64,000 nucleotides of DNA from Cyanobacteria bacterium P01_F01_bin.150 (GTDB lineage: Bacteria > Cyanobacteriota > Cyanobacteriia > CAKZMO01), in assembly GCA_039189765.1 (NCBI GenBank), contig JBCCYL010000014.1, forward strand, positions 1 through 64,000, read 5' to 3'. The position numbers and the translations under genes are program-made. The notes below the pieces were generated by a model. The model was given only the letters and a program-made list of their open reading frames with translations, was not told the DNA's origin and made no database searches. Positions 18,402 through 29,290 of this stretch are shown piece by piece (the first letter of the stretch is position 1; each line of letters opens with the position of its first letter).

Positions 18402-19895
18402 ATGGGATTAAGTTGGCGGAATCTTATCGTCATAGTCGGGCTATCCTTTGGCTTGGGGGCTGTTGCAGCCAGCCACAAGACCATTTTGGCTAAATTAGGA
18501 CAGGCAACCACAGCCTTTTCTTCTACAGAAGGTAACCCGAACTATTCAGAGGGGAACGGGGCTGAGTCACAATCATCCACCATCGCCTTTAGCGCTCGCT
18601 CGCTTGAGTCATCCCAAAGTATGTTCTCTCCTGAACACACTATGCCCCAGAGAGGGGACGTTAGGATTATCGTCATCAGTGACTTAAACGGCCCCTATGG
18701 ATCCACTACCTATGGGCAGGAAGTCCTCAACAGTATCCGGACCATTCCTGAGTGGGAGCCAGATTTGGTTCTGAGTGCTGGAGACATGGTGGCAGGAAAA
18801 TTGATTAGCCTGACCCAGGAAGACCTACAGGCTATGTGGCAAAGATTTGACCAGCAAGTCTTTCAGCCGATTCGACGAGCCGAAATTCCGTTTGCGTTTG
18901 CCCTAGGCCAACGGGATGCTTCTGCCATGGTTCAGCCCGAGAATCGGCCTAAATCCCAGTCCCCCCTTGGTGACCTCTTTAGTCATATTCCTGCTGGAAG
19001 CTACATTTTTTCCCAGGAACGGGCAGCTGCCCAAACCTATTGGACCTCTGGCGATCGCGATCTTGGCATTGACTTATCTCCTACCCAATTCTCCGTCCAG
19101 TCCGAGGGCAATCAGTCCGAGGGCAATCAGTCCGAGGGCAATCAGTCCGAGGGCAATCAATCTTCGTTCAATCAGTCTTCCATCAATTCAGCGCCTGACG
19201 CTCAATTTGTCACCGCCAACTTTCCCTTTCGTTACAGCTTTGTTCACAAGGATATTTTTTTTCTGATGTGGGAAGCCTCCACCGCTGAGCTGGATGCAAC
19301 TGCTCTTGAATGGGCAGAGCAAGAGCTGTCAAGTCCGGCTGCGCAGCAGGCGAAAATGCGAATTTCTATGGGGCATTTCCCTCTCTATGCTATTTCCCAG
19401 GGGCGCGATCGCCCTACTGAATTTCTCCGTCAGGGAGACACGATTAGAGACCTACTTGAAACCTATGACGTTCATACCCATATTGCAGGGCATCATCATT
19501 CCTACTATCCTGGCCGCGTTGGTGAACTAGAGCTGCTGTATGGCGGCGCATTAGGGTCCAGCCCTCGATCGCTCCTCGGCAATGATGAGCCTGCCTCCCG
19601 TACTTTAACCGTTATGGATATTTTCTTTGATGCATCCCAGGCTCCTGATGTTTGGGCCATTGAGGAGGACGAAAACGATGAGCCATTGGCAAGCAACCGT
19701 CAACGATCAGGCGTGGAAGCATTAGAGGGAATCGCCACTGTGTACACCACCTACAATATGACAACGATGGAAGTGATTGAGCCGACTAGTTTACCCCGTG
19801 TTGTTGCAGGCCCCACCGGATTAGTCCTGCGTCAGGATACAGAGCGTCGGGATTTGACCTATCGAGATAACCGACGCTATGTGCGCAGTTGGTAA
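18402..19895 (+). CDS. Exported calcineurin-like metallophosphoesterase
   Basis: N-terminal hydrophobic segment; VISDLN, AGDMVAG, MGHFP and GHHH motifs. The usual GNHD is replaced by GQRD. Confidence 0.8.
   Translation: MGLSWRNLIVIVGLSFGLGAVAASHKTILAKLGQATTAFSSTEGNPNYSEGNGAESQSSTIAFSARSLESSQSMFSPEHTMPQRGDVRIIVISDLNGPYGSTTYGQEVLNSIRTIPEWEPDLVLSAGDMVAGKLISLTQEDLQAMWQRFDQQVFQPIRRAEIPFAFALGQRDASAMVQPENRPKSQSPLGDLFSHIPAGSYIFSQERAAAQTYWTSGDRDLGIDLSPTQFSVQSEGNQSEGNQSEGNQSEGNQSSFNQSSINSAPDAQFVTANFPFRYSFVHKDIFFLMWEASTAELDATALEWAEQELSSPAAQQAKMRISMGHFPLYAISQGRDRPTEFLRQGDTIRDLLETYDVHTHIAGHHHSYYPGRVGELELLYGGALGSSPRSLLGNDEPASRTLTVMDIFFDASQAPDVWAIEEDENDEPLASNRQRSGVEALEGIATVYTTYNMTTMEVIEPTSLPRVVAGPTGLVLRQDTERRDLTYRDNRRYVRSW
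19098..19157 (+). repeat. Perfect 15-bp in-frame tandem repeat x4 (CAGTCCGAGGGCAAT, encodes QSEGN)
   Basis: Read directly from the sequence. Confidence 0.95.
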
Positions 19896-19946
19896 ATCAC
19901 GTACAATGCTCAGAACACAGGGCAGAACGGAATAGGGCTAAATAGA

Positions 19947-20933
19947 ATGAATCCAGTCGATTACCTCCGCATCAGTTTAATCGATCGCTGTAATTTTATG
20001 TGTCAGTACTGTATGCCAGAGGGGGCCGACCTTACCTATGCTCTGCGGCAGGACTGGCTGACTAAAGATGAACTGTTGACGTTGCTACGTGAGGTGTTTA
20101 TTCCTTGTGGCTTTACTCGGTTTCGTTTAACGGGGGGAGAACCACTATTGCGGCCTGATATCGTGGAGATTGTGGAAGCGATCGCATCCCTACCCCAAAC
20201 TCAGGATCTGTCCATGACCACCAATGGATTCTTGCTGGCAAGAATGGCCCAGGGCCTAAAAGCTGCTGGTCTTAGGCGTTTAAATATTAGTCTTGATTCT
20301 CTTGATCCTGATATTTTTGATCAGATTATCGGCAATCGGGGGCGATCGCGCTGGCAAAAAGTATGGGACGGTATTCAAGCGGCAGCGGCGGCTGGGTTTA
20401 ATCCCCTCAAGCTAAATGTCGTGGTGATTCCAGGGGTTAACGATCATGAAATTCTGGATTTAGCTGCCCTCACTTTGGAGCAAGAATGGCATGTCCGCTT
20501 TATTGAATTTATGCCCATTGGCAATGATTTCTTGTTTGGCGATCGCGGTTGGGTCAATTCAGAAGAGCTTCGCCACCAAATTCGCCATCATTGGGGCCTT
20601 ACCGAAAGTGAAGTGATCGGTAGTGGTCCTGCTGATGTATTTAAAATCCCTGGGGCAAAAGGCACCTTAGGATTTATTAGCCAAATGTCAGAATGCTTTT
20701 GCGAACGTTGCAATCGTATGCGTCTGTCCGCAGATGGGTGGCTACGCCCATGCCTTCTTAACGAGTCGGCTCAGATTAATCTGAGAGAAGAGCTACGGGC
20801 AAACGTATCAACGCTGGCGCTCAAATCAAGGGTCCAACATCTTTTAAACTTGAAAGAAGAAATTAACTTCAAAGAGAGAGACGCTGGCACGACAGGACGG
20901 TACAGTCGCACCATGTCCCAGATTGGCGGTTAG
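19947..20933 (+). CDS. moaA: GTP 3',8-cyclase (molybdenum cofactor biosynthesis)
   Basis: [28 protein letters not shown]-terminal [14 protein letters not shown] and terminal IGG. Confidence 0.97.
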   Translation: MNPVDYLRISLIDRCNFMCQYCMPEGADLTYALRQDWLTKDELLTLLREVFIPCGFTRFRLTGGEPLLRPDIVEIVEAIASLPQTQDLSMTTNGFLLARMAQGLKAAGLRRLNISLDSLDPDIFDQIIGNRGRSRWQKVWDGIQAAAAAGFNPLKLNVVVIPGVNDHEILDLAALTLEQEWHVRFIEFMPIGNDFLFGDRGWVNSEELRHQIRHHWGLTESEVIGSGPADVFKIPGAKGTLGFISQMSECFCERCNRMRLSADGWLRPCLLNESAQINLREELRANVSTLALKSRVQHLLNLKEEINFKERDAGTTGRYSRTMSQIGG

Positions 20934-21010
20934 TCGTTTCATTTATTACTGGCATCTGTTCGGCTAAAAAACAGAAGAGGTTTCCACAATAAACAAACGA
21001 ACATATCCTT

Positions 21011-21619
21011 CTATGCCTGACGGGAGTAGTACTCGACCACCAGCAGCTCATTAATTTGTAATGCCACCCATTCGCGTTCAACAACGCCGGTGACCTTACC
21101 TTCTAGCTTTGCCTTATCAAATTCAAGGTGACTAGGCGTGTTTGCCAACCCAGGAAACTGAAGATTGGTTTCCACAAGCTGACGGGAGCGATCGCGATCG
21201 CGAACCCCAATCACATCCCCAGGACGGCATTGGTAGCTAGGAATATTAACCACACGGCCATTGACCGTAACATGGCCATGATTTACAAGCTGACGCGCAC
21301 CTGGAATGGTTGGCCCCATACCAAGACGGAAAATTGTATTATCTAACCGCATTTCCAACAGCTGCAAGAGCACCTGACCTGTGGAACCTGTTGCACGACG
21401 GGCTCTCTTTACATAACGAAGCAGTTGGCGCTCGGTAACACCATAGTTAAACCGCAGCTTCTGCTTTTCTTCTAGACGTATCGCGTACTCAGAACGCTTC
21501 CTGCGCCCTTGTCCATGTTGCCCAGGGGGATACGCACGTCGAGGTGTTTTACGCGTCAGGCCAGGGAGTTCTCCCAAGCGACGCACAACTCTGAGGCGTG
21601 GACCTCGATATCTCGCCAT
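21011..21619 (-). CDS. rpsD: 30S ribosomal protein S4
   Basis: [10 protein letters not shown]...[10 protein letters not shown]...LEMRLDN...VVEYYSR. Confidence 0.99.
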   Translation of the reverse strand: MARYRGPRLRVVRRLGELPGLTRKTPRRAYPPGQHGQGRRKRSEYAIRLEEKQKLRFNYGVTERQLLRYVKRARRATGSTGQVLLQLLEMRLDNTIFRLGMGPTIPGARQLVNHGHVTVNGRVVNIPSYQCRPGDVIGVRDRDRSRQLVETNLQFPGLANTPSHLEFDKAKLEGKVTGVVEREWVALQINELLVVEYYSRQA

Positions 21620-22404
21620 TCGTTAAAATCTCCGAAAAATGTTCCCAAAGTCAAGATTATACACGCAAAAAACATCCCTTGGAAAGAACTATCGATGTTT
21701 TTCAGGTATTCTCATTTTAGCTGTCTGAATCCCCAATTTTCCTAGTCTAAAAGGATTACCCTTTAATATAGAGTAGATAGGTCCCTTGCAGTGTAAACTG
21801 TTCAGCCTTTTTCATCCATCCGGACCAATCCATTTGGGTTCAGCTAGCCCCCAACCTCATTATATGGCTTGAATCGCTGATGAATCCTTACCAATGCCAA
21901 TACTTAGCCACGGAACTAGAAGGAGCAGGCAAGCTTAGAAAGCTTTGTCTTAATTGTAAAAAATCTTATCTATCTGCTAGCATTTGTGCTATCCTATCGC
22001 ACATAGCAAGCTACACATGTGTCGGTAGAGCGGAATCCATACTGTTTATTCTGCGAACTGCTTTATCATTCAATCGCTTAAAGTAGTAGCCTTTCAAGGC
22101 GTCTCGTTCTCAAACCCGATAGGATTGGGATGGGTGATAGTGCTGTCGGTCTTATAAGCTAAATTGACTGTTTCAGAATGAAGTCTGTCTTGATTCAAGG
22201 ACACAGGTCAGGGAGCTAAAGCCACCCCACAGGGGGTAATTGACTAGCACGCCAACACTCTGTATTGGTGTGTCTGCTGATTCAGAGCACAATGTGCCGA
22301 GCTAGGATTCCAGAGTTTGTGATATTGCCTCTAGTGGCTGTGGCAATGAGTTTGTTTTTTGTACACCTCGAATACTTTATATCAGATACACAGGGAAAAA
22401 AAAT

Positions 22405-23432
<1,028 letters not shown>

Positions 23433-23621
23433 ACCCAGAACATTCGCCAAGCCAAAGAGATGACTGAGACGCGTACGGTCATCCATTTGCCCCTAAAGGT
23501 CTCTCAATCCTCTATTCGTAACCCCATCGAATTCAGGTATAATCCAAAGCTCATAAGCACCAACCACTATGCTGCCCTCTTTCACCATACGATGATGATA
23601 AGGGAGCCAGGATAATATCAG

Positions 23622-24227
23622 ATGAGTGACGATAAACGGGATGCTTCCAATGGGGACCAAGCCATCGGTGAGCAAGCTACTGATAATCAGTCCAGTAACG
23701 ATGAAAAACGGGATTTAGCTCGTACGTTTTATGAAGCGGGTAAGGCTGCATTTGAAGCAGGGGAATACCGTCAAGCGGTTTCCTTACTCGAAAAAGCGAT
23801 CGCCCTTGTCCCCAGGACGTCTATATTGAGCGGAGAAGCTGGCATTTGGTTAGTAATGGCTCAGGATGCTGGGGGTAATCATGATACGGCAGTAGATTTG
23901 TGTTCCCAATTGGTTAAACATCCCCACTTTGCAACTGCCCAGCAGGGAAAACGGCTTCTCTACATTTTAAAAGCGCCCAAACTGCAAACGCGCCCTGAGT
24001 GGAAAACTGAAATACCCGATCTATCCAGGATGGAAGAGGGCGATCGGGTTCCTGCTAAATTGGCCAACTACCCTCGTAAAAAGAAAAAGAAGAAGGTTAA
24101 AGAGGATCCACTTGATTTGGAACCCATTGACTGGAGTCAAGTTGACACAAAAGACAATCAATTTGTAGGGGTTGCCTTGGGAGTAATCATTCTATTTTTA
24201 GGCCTCTGGGGGTGGCTCGCCACATAG
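23622..24227 (+). CDS. TPR-containing membrane-anchored protein
   Basis: YEAGKAAFEAGEYRQAVSLLEKA TPR helix pair and C-terminal TM helix. Confidence 0.8.
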   Translation: MSDDKRDASNGDQAIGEQATDNQSSNDEKRDLARTFYEAGKAAFEAGEYRQAVSLLEKAIALVPRTSILSGEAGIWLVMAQDAGGNHDTAVDLCSQLVKHPHFATAQQGKRLLYILKAPKLQTRPEWKTEIPDLSRMEEGDRVPAKLANYPRKKKKKKVKEDPLDLEPIDWSQVDTKDNQFVGVALGVIILFLGLWGWLAT

Positions 24228-24398
24228 ATAGAGGGAACTCAGATTCTTTAAATTCATGGCTGGATTGGTCTTCCCAAGCCTCCTGAGACCCCAGTATTCT
24301 CCAGCTAACGCTCTGCTGATCTTCATGAAGAAATATAAGATATATGAGTGCATCGTTGGTAAACATTATCTTTGGCACTCATAATAACTCTGAGCATC

Positions 24399-25055
24399 AT
24401 GGACTTACAACAAATTCAGATCTATCTCCGGAGCGATAATCCCCGGGACCGCATGAAGGGGATTACAGAATTAAGACATCATGAGCCTGAGGACGTGGTG
24501 CCCCTGTTAAAGCAGCGAATGCATGACCAAGAATTTATGGTCCGCTCCTTTGTTGCGATGGGCTTGGGCTACAAGCGCAATCAGGAGGGATTTGAAGCGC
24601 TGCTAGATATTCTCGAATATGAAACAGATCCTAATGTGATTGCAGAAGCCTCCAATTCTCTGGCTCGATTTGGGCAATCCTCTGTTCCTCATTTACAGCA
24701 AATTTTTCGGGAGCATCCCCACTGGTTGGTGCGCCAGAGTATTTTTGCAGCATTTGAAGATATTGATGATCCAAAGACTTTATTGGAATTCTGCCAGCTC
24801 GGTCTAGACGATAAGGAGCTGGTAGTAAGATTCGCTGCGATCTCTAATTTAAGTCAGCTTTCAGGTACAGTCCATGAGCAAGACGCTTTTAATCTTCTTA
24901 AGGACATCATTCGTTCCGATAGCTCTAAGCTACGCTCTAGAGCTGCCCGTTCCCTGACTCGTTTTGAGAGTACTGAGGCGAAAGAACTACTACAAGTTCT
25001 GCGTCAGGACGACGATCATCGGGTGGTAGCAGCTACATTAGAAAAATTAGTCTAG
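24399..25055 (+). CDS. HEAT-repeat (PBS lyase/NblB-like) protein
   Basis: Repeated HEAT units: VRSFVAMGLG, VIAEASNSL, WLVRQSI, VRFAAISNL. Confidence 0.8.
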   Translation: MDLQQIQIYLRSDNPRDRMKGITELRHHEPEDVVPLLKQRMHDQEFMVRSFVAMGLGYKRNQEGFEALLDILEYETDPNVIAEASNSLARFGQSSVPHLQQIFREHPHWLVRQSIFAAFEDIDDPKTLLEFCQLGLDDKELVVRFAAISNLSQLSGTVHEQDAFNLLKDIIRSDSSKLRSRAARSLTRFESTEAKELLQVLRQDDDHRVVAATLEKLV

Positions 25056-25325
25056 ATGTGAAACTCTTTTGGCAGGGAATTCTAAGTTAATCCTGGCTTG
25101 CGTTTTAAGTTAAAATTCCCTGTGTGAGCACTTGTATAGTGAATAAAAAAGCTTAATTGAGTGTTAAGCATAACGGCAGATTGTTACGTTCCTTAAACTT
25201 TCTGATTGAATTGCAAAAAGCAAACGAATTACTGTTGTAAACTGTAGATAGTTGGAGAATTGTTAAGTTCTAGTCCAAGTTTACTGGGCATTATCTAACA
25301 GTTATTCGTTAGCTAGTCTAGATAA

Positions 25326-25598
<273 letters not shown>

Positions 25599-25683
25599 CT
25601 GTCTTATTTGGGTTGTTTGACCGCTGGTCGATTTATGGCACTGGCCATGTCCTCTAGCGTCTAGTCAACTAGGCTAAATTTGG

Positions 25684-25711
25684 AGAGGAGGCAGTTGTCT
25701 CCTCTATTTTT
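25684..25711 (+). terminator. Rho-independent terminator after psaC
   Basis: Stem AGAGGAGGCA/TGTCTCCTCT followed by ATTTTT. Confidence 0.7.
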
Positions 25712-25752
25712 GCGTGTAGGGCTAATTGTGTATAGCTAGTTCTAGGGGAGAC

Positions 25753-26667
25753 CTACAGTTGCCGGATTGTATGTTCCAATCCCATGCATACGTGAGTTAG
25801 AAAGTCCATGTCGAGAGTATCAATGCGATCGCTATCTTTGTGATAATGGGGATTTCTCAGAAACGACGTATCGGTCACCATTAGGGCCTTGTATCCTTGG
25901 TCCCAAAAAGGTGCATGATCGCTAAAGCGAGTCTCTGGGACAAGGTTTCCTTTCAAGCCAGCAGGAAGCCATTCTGTGGGGACGCCAAACTGCCGCATCT
26001 TTGACGTCATAAAGCACAATTCAGGCAGCATTTTTACGTTGCCGACCAAAGCAATAAAGTCACCTTGCTTGGGATAGAACCATCTTAAGATAGATGGGTA
26101 ACGTTGACTGCCTGGGGTGCGATCGCAATAGCCTAGCATCTCCAAAGAAAACATAAGCGTTAACGACTGGTTCTGACGTTTCAGTTCTTCTGCATAAGCT
26201 CGGCTTCCGATCAGTCCATATTCTTCTAGATCAAAGGCTGCTAACCACACGTCTTGCTTCGGTATTGGTTGTTGAGCAAACTGTCGAGCCATTTCCAGAA
26301 GGACAGCAACCCCCGTGCCATTGTCATCGGCTCCTGGACTACCCACCACTCCATCATAGTGAGCACCCAGAAGAATTGGTGCTTTGCTTGTATTAGGCTT
26401 AGAGGTATTACTCTCCGTACTCGATAATTTGAGAATCAAGTTTTGATGGGTGTTATTGCGCCATTGAAATTCGTGTACTTCTACCGTGCCCCATTGAGCA
26501 AGCTGTTCTCTAATATATTCCCTAACTAGAAAATGACCACCAGTAGCGAGATATGGATCTCGCTCCCGCACCACAGCCCTTAGATGGGTTAGCAGATTCT
26601 GTTTAACAGATGCGAACTGATCATGGGGTTCACAATTGTTGCGGAATAAGGATGATGGATGACTCAT
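25753..26667 (-). CDS. M28 family metallopeptidase
   Basis: LGAHYD, PGADDNGTGVA, FDLEEYG..GS, SLEMLG, SDHAPF, NPHYH. Confidence 0.92.
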   Translation of the reverse strand: MSHPSSLFRNNCEPHDQFASVKQNLLTHLRAVVRERDPYLATGGHFLVREYIREQLAQWGTVEVHEFQWRNNTHQNLILKLSSTESNTSKPNTSKAPILLGAHYDGVVGSPGADDNGTGVAVLLEMARQFAQQPIPKQDVWLAAFDLEEYGLIGSRAYAEELKRQNQSLTLMFSLEMLGYCDRTPGSQRYPSILRWFYPKQGDFIALVGNVKMLPELCFMTSKMRQFGVPTEWLPAGLKGNLVPETRFSDHAPFWDQGYKALMVTDTSFLRNPHYHKDSDRIDTLDMDFLTHVCMGLEHTIRQL

Positions 26668-26856
26668 TGTAGACAAAAAAGATATTGGCTTTTGACCGGT
26701 AGGGCAAATGTGTTGTCCTTACCCTATCGTTCACTGTAGTTTTGTCCGAAATCGGCTAAATGATATCAATTGTTGTGAGGGAATCCTGGCACTTTACTCC
26801 AGGGTATGCACAATGAATAAAAATAGTTAATACAAGATGGATAAGTGCGATCGCCT

Positions 26857-27222
26857 ATGGCAAATATAACTGGATCTTGGTTGGGCACCTATTGGCAAGA
26901 TGGTAATCCTACTCGATTTGAAGCGACCTTTGTCCAAAGCAGAAACGTCTTTAGTGGACGCATCTTAGATGATGCCCCCCCCGGGGAAGCGGACGTTAGT
27001 GGGGATGTTATTGGCCGTCATATCGACTTTGCAAAACGCTACTTTTCAATTCAAGAGACGATCCATTACACTGGCACTCTCTCTGAGGATGAAAACTTTC
27101 TCTCAGGGCAGTGGAATATTGGTACGCACCAATCTGGCACGTGGGAAGCACATCGTTCGGACAATACATTATCCAATGAATTACAGAAACGATTGCAGGT
27201 GTTCACTCCTACAAGCCTTTGA
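26857..27222 (+). CDS. Hypothetical protein (small beta-rich)
   Basis: Clean 121-aa ORF, GSWLGTYWQ...GTWEAHR. Confidence 0.75.
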   Translation: MANITGSWLGTYWQDGNPTRFEATFVQSRNVFSGRILDDAPPGEADVSGDVIGRHIDFAKRYFSIQETIHYTGTLSEDENFLSGQWNIGTHQSGTWEAHRSDNTLSNELQKRLQVFTPTSL

Positions 27223-27338
27223 ACTCTAAGTTTTGGAAGTAATTTTTTCAATGGCCTTATTTGAAACTTAATTTTTGCTTAATATTTGTCGTGTACCTTC
27301 GAGGTGAAATCTACTTCTCGTGAGGGATAACGACACCA

Positions 27339-28052
27339 ATGGAATGGATGCTAAATCGAGCGATCGCCCACCGGGGGTTACACAGTGGTGTTGATAGTCC
27401 TGAAAACTCAATGAGGGCTTTTGCTGCAGCCATTGTCCACAATCACCCCATTGAGTTAGATGTGCATCTGCTGGCTGATGGTCATGTAATTGTGTTTCAC
27501 GATCTGGATTTGGAACGAATGACTGGGGTAAAAGGGGCGATCGCTCATCAGACTTTAGCCTCTATTCAACATTTACGCCTGCTTGGTACTGAGCATCATA
27601 TTCCCACCTTGGCTGAATCTCTGGAATTTATTGGTGGTCAAGTTCCCATTCTGATCGAAATCAAGAATCGAGGCAGGGTGGGAGCTCTAGAGCAAGCAAT
27701 TCTTCGACTTCTCAAAGACTACACTGGAGACGTTGCAGTCCAATCCTTTAATCCCTACTCGTTAGCCTGGTTTAAAAAACATGCACCTCATATTCCCCGA
27801 GGCCAACTAGCCAGCAACTTTAAAGATACTGACTGTGCCTGGGGATTAAAAATTATTTTGGGTAACCTGCTCTTAAACTGGGCCAGTTCCCCTCACTTTA
27901 TCGCTTACGATATCAATGCGTTACCCAATCTGCCGACAACTATTGCTAAGCAAATCTTTAAACGCCCTTTACTGGCTTGGACCATTCGAAGTCAACTAGA
28001 GCATCAACACGCTTTAGAATACGCTGACAATATTATTTTTGACTCATTTTAA
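27339..28052 (+). CDS. Glycerophosphodiester phosphodiesterase
   Basis: IAHRG, PENS, IELDV, VFHD..L.R, IEIK, QSFNP, AWT. Confidence 0.92.
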   Translation: MEWMLNRAIAHRGLHSGVDSPENSMRAFAAAIVHNHPIELDVHLLADGHVIVFHDLDLERMTGVKGAIAHQTLASIQHLRLLGTEHHIPTLAESLEFIGGQVPILIEIKNRGRVGALEQAILRLLKDYTGDVAVQSFNPYSLAWFKKHAPHIPRGQLASNFKDTDCAWGLKIILGNLLLNWASSPHFIAYDINALPNLPTTIAKQIFKRPLLAWTIRSQLEHQHALEYADNIIFDSF

Positions 28053-28163
28053 GGAGTTGGACACAATTTCCTAAACTGCAACTAAGGTCAGTCTTGGCAG
28101 GGCGCACACCTCAGGGAAAATAGTTTAGTCTAGTTGGTGTATGAAACGAGCCAAGAAAATGGC

Positions 28164-28922
28164 TTATCGTTTGGCCATCGGCTGGGTGCGAAATGTTACA
28201 TTGGCACCGCTATTCAACTGCTCTAGGACAAGTAATGGTGTTGGTTTTGCTTTTTGATCCCAATCAATTCTAGCAATTCGCCCCTGTAGTGTCGGTTGCC
28301 AAGTATCGTGGTCAGTCTCTGGACTCATGTAGCCTAGTAGCGCATCTACAATCTGATTAACAGTTGCAGAAGTTGCCTGAGTCGGGACTTTAGTCAGCTT
28401 AATCTGAATTCGAAATAATACCCCCTGTTTGGTCGTTGGCTTATCGGATAAGTCGTAATTGATGTCAAACATCTCATCCACTTGGCGACCTGTACTTGCC
28501 ATACCTAATAAGCCTTGACTCGCCTGTTTAGGTCTCAGAGCCACGCTAATCTTATCCTTCACTTTGATCTTAATCTGGTTCAGGATTGCAAAGTGAAATT
28601 GGCTATCCTCCATGCGGAGACGCAAATAGTCCAGGTTAAATTCTCGAGAATGGATTAAGTCAGGATTTTGTTCCATCTTGCTGATGGTGCGAAGGGATAA
28701 TTGAAGCTTCTTCTTTAGCTCTCGATTTTTGAATTCTTCAAAGCGCTTCGCTTTCTCTAGCTTTTTAATCGTGGCTTTGGTAAAAACTGCCCCACCGGCT
28801 AAAGCAAGCAATAATATTCCTGATGTGGCCATCCAGAGTTGTCCAGATTGTGATCCGGATGGCTGCGATGATACAGCAGCTTGAGCTAAAGGTTGGGTGA
28901 CAACAACAGTTGAATTCGTCAT
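28164..28922 (-). CDS. Hypothetical membrane-anchored coiled-coil protein
   Basis: 252-aa ORF with one TM helix and NPDLIHSREFNLDYLR. No family recognised. Confidence 0.75.
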   Translation of the reverse strand: MTNSTVVVTQPLAQAAVSSQPSGSQSGQLWMATSGILLLALAGGAVFTKATIKKLEKAKRFEEFKNRELKKKLQLSLRTISKMEQNPDLIHSREFNLDYLRLRMEDSQFHFAILNQIKIKVKDKISVALRPKQASQGLLGMASTGRQVDEMFDINYDLSDKPTTKQGVLFRIQIKLTKVPTQATSATVNQIVDALLGYMSPETDHDTWQPTLQGRIARIDWDQKAKPTPLLVLEQLNSGANVTFRTQPMAKR

Positions 28923-29290
28923 AGGGCACCTAAACGCAAAGGTAATACAAAAGGGGTTTTAAGCATGTCTGGGCATTTAAGATAACAACCCCTATAGGTT
29001 GTTGAAATAGGGTAAGGTTAGCGGCCAACTAAAAGGCTTACTCTCCATACTCTAAAACCCAGTTATGCATGGATGATAGCTGATATCTAGAAGCGAACAC
29101 TGATAACATACTCGATTTTAAGGTTCCCTGAGATATACTGGTTCTCACTCAGTATTATTCGCCACTCTAAATGAGTTAAAAGCTCTAACGATAGGGAATC
29201 TAACCATGTCGTCTGCTGGTCAAATAAAGTGAGCGATTAATGCCAGAAATTCATATAGATCTTGATGTTGTGATCTTCTATTTTCAGTTG

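Noticed and set aside
25160..25270. Possible RpaB HLR1 direct repeats upstream of psaC
   Set aside because: GTTA half-sites are present, but no pair fits the 10-bp-spaced consensus well enough to call.
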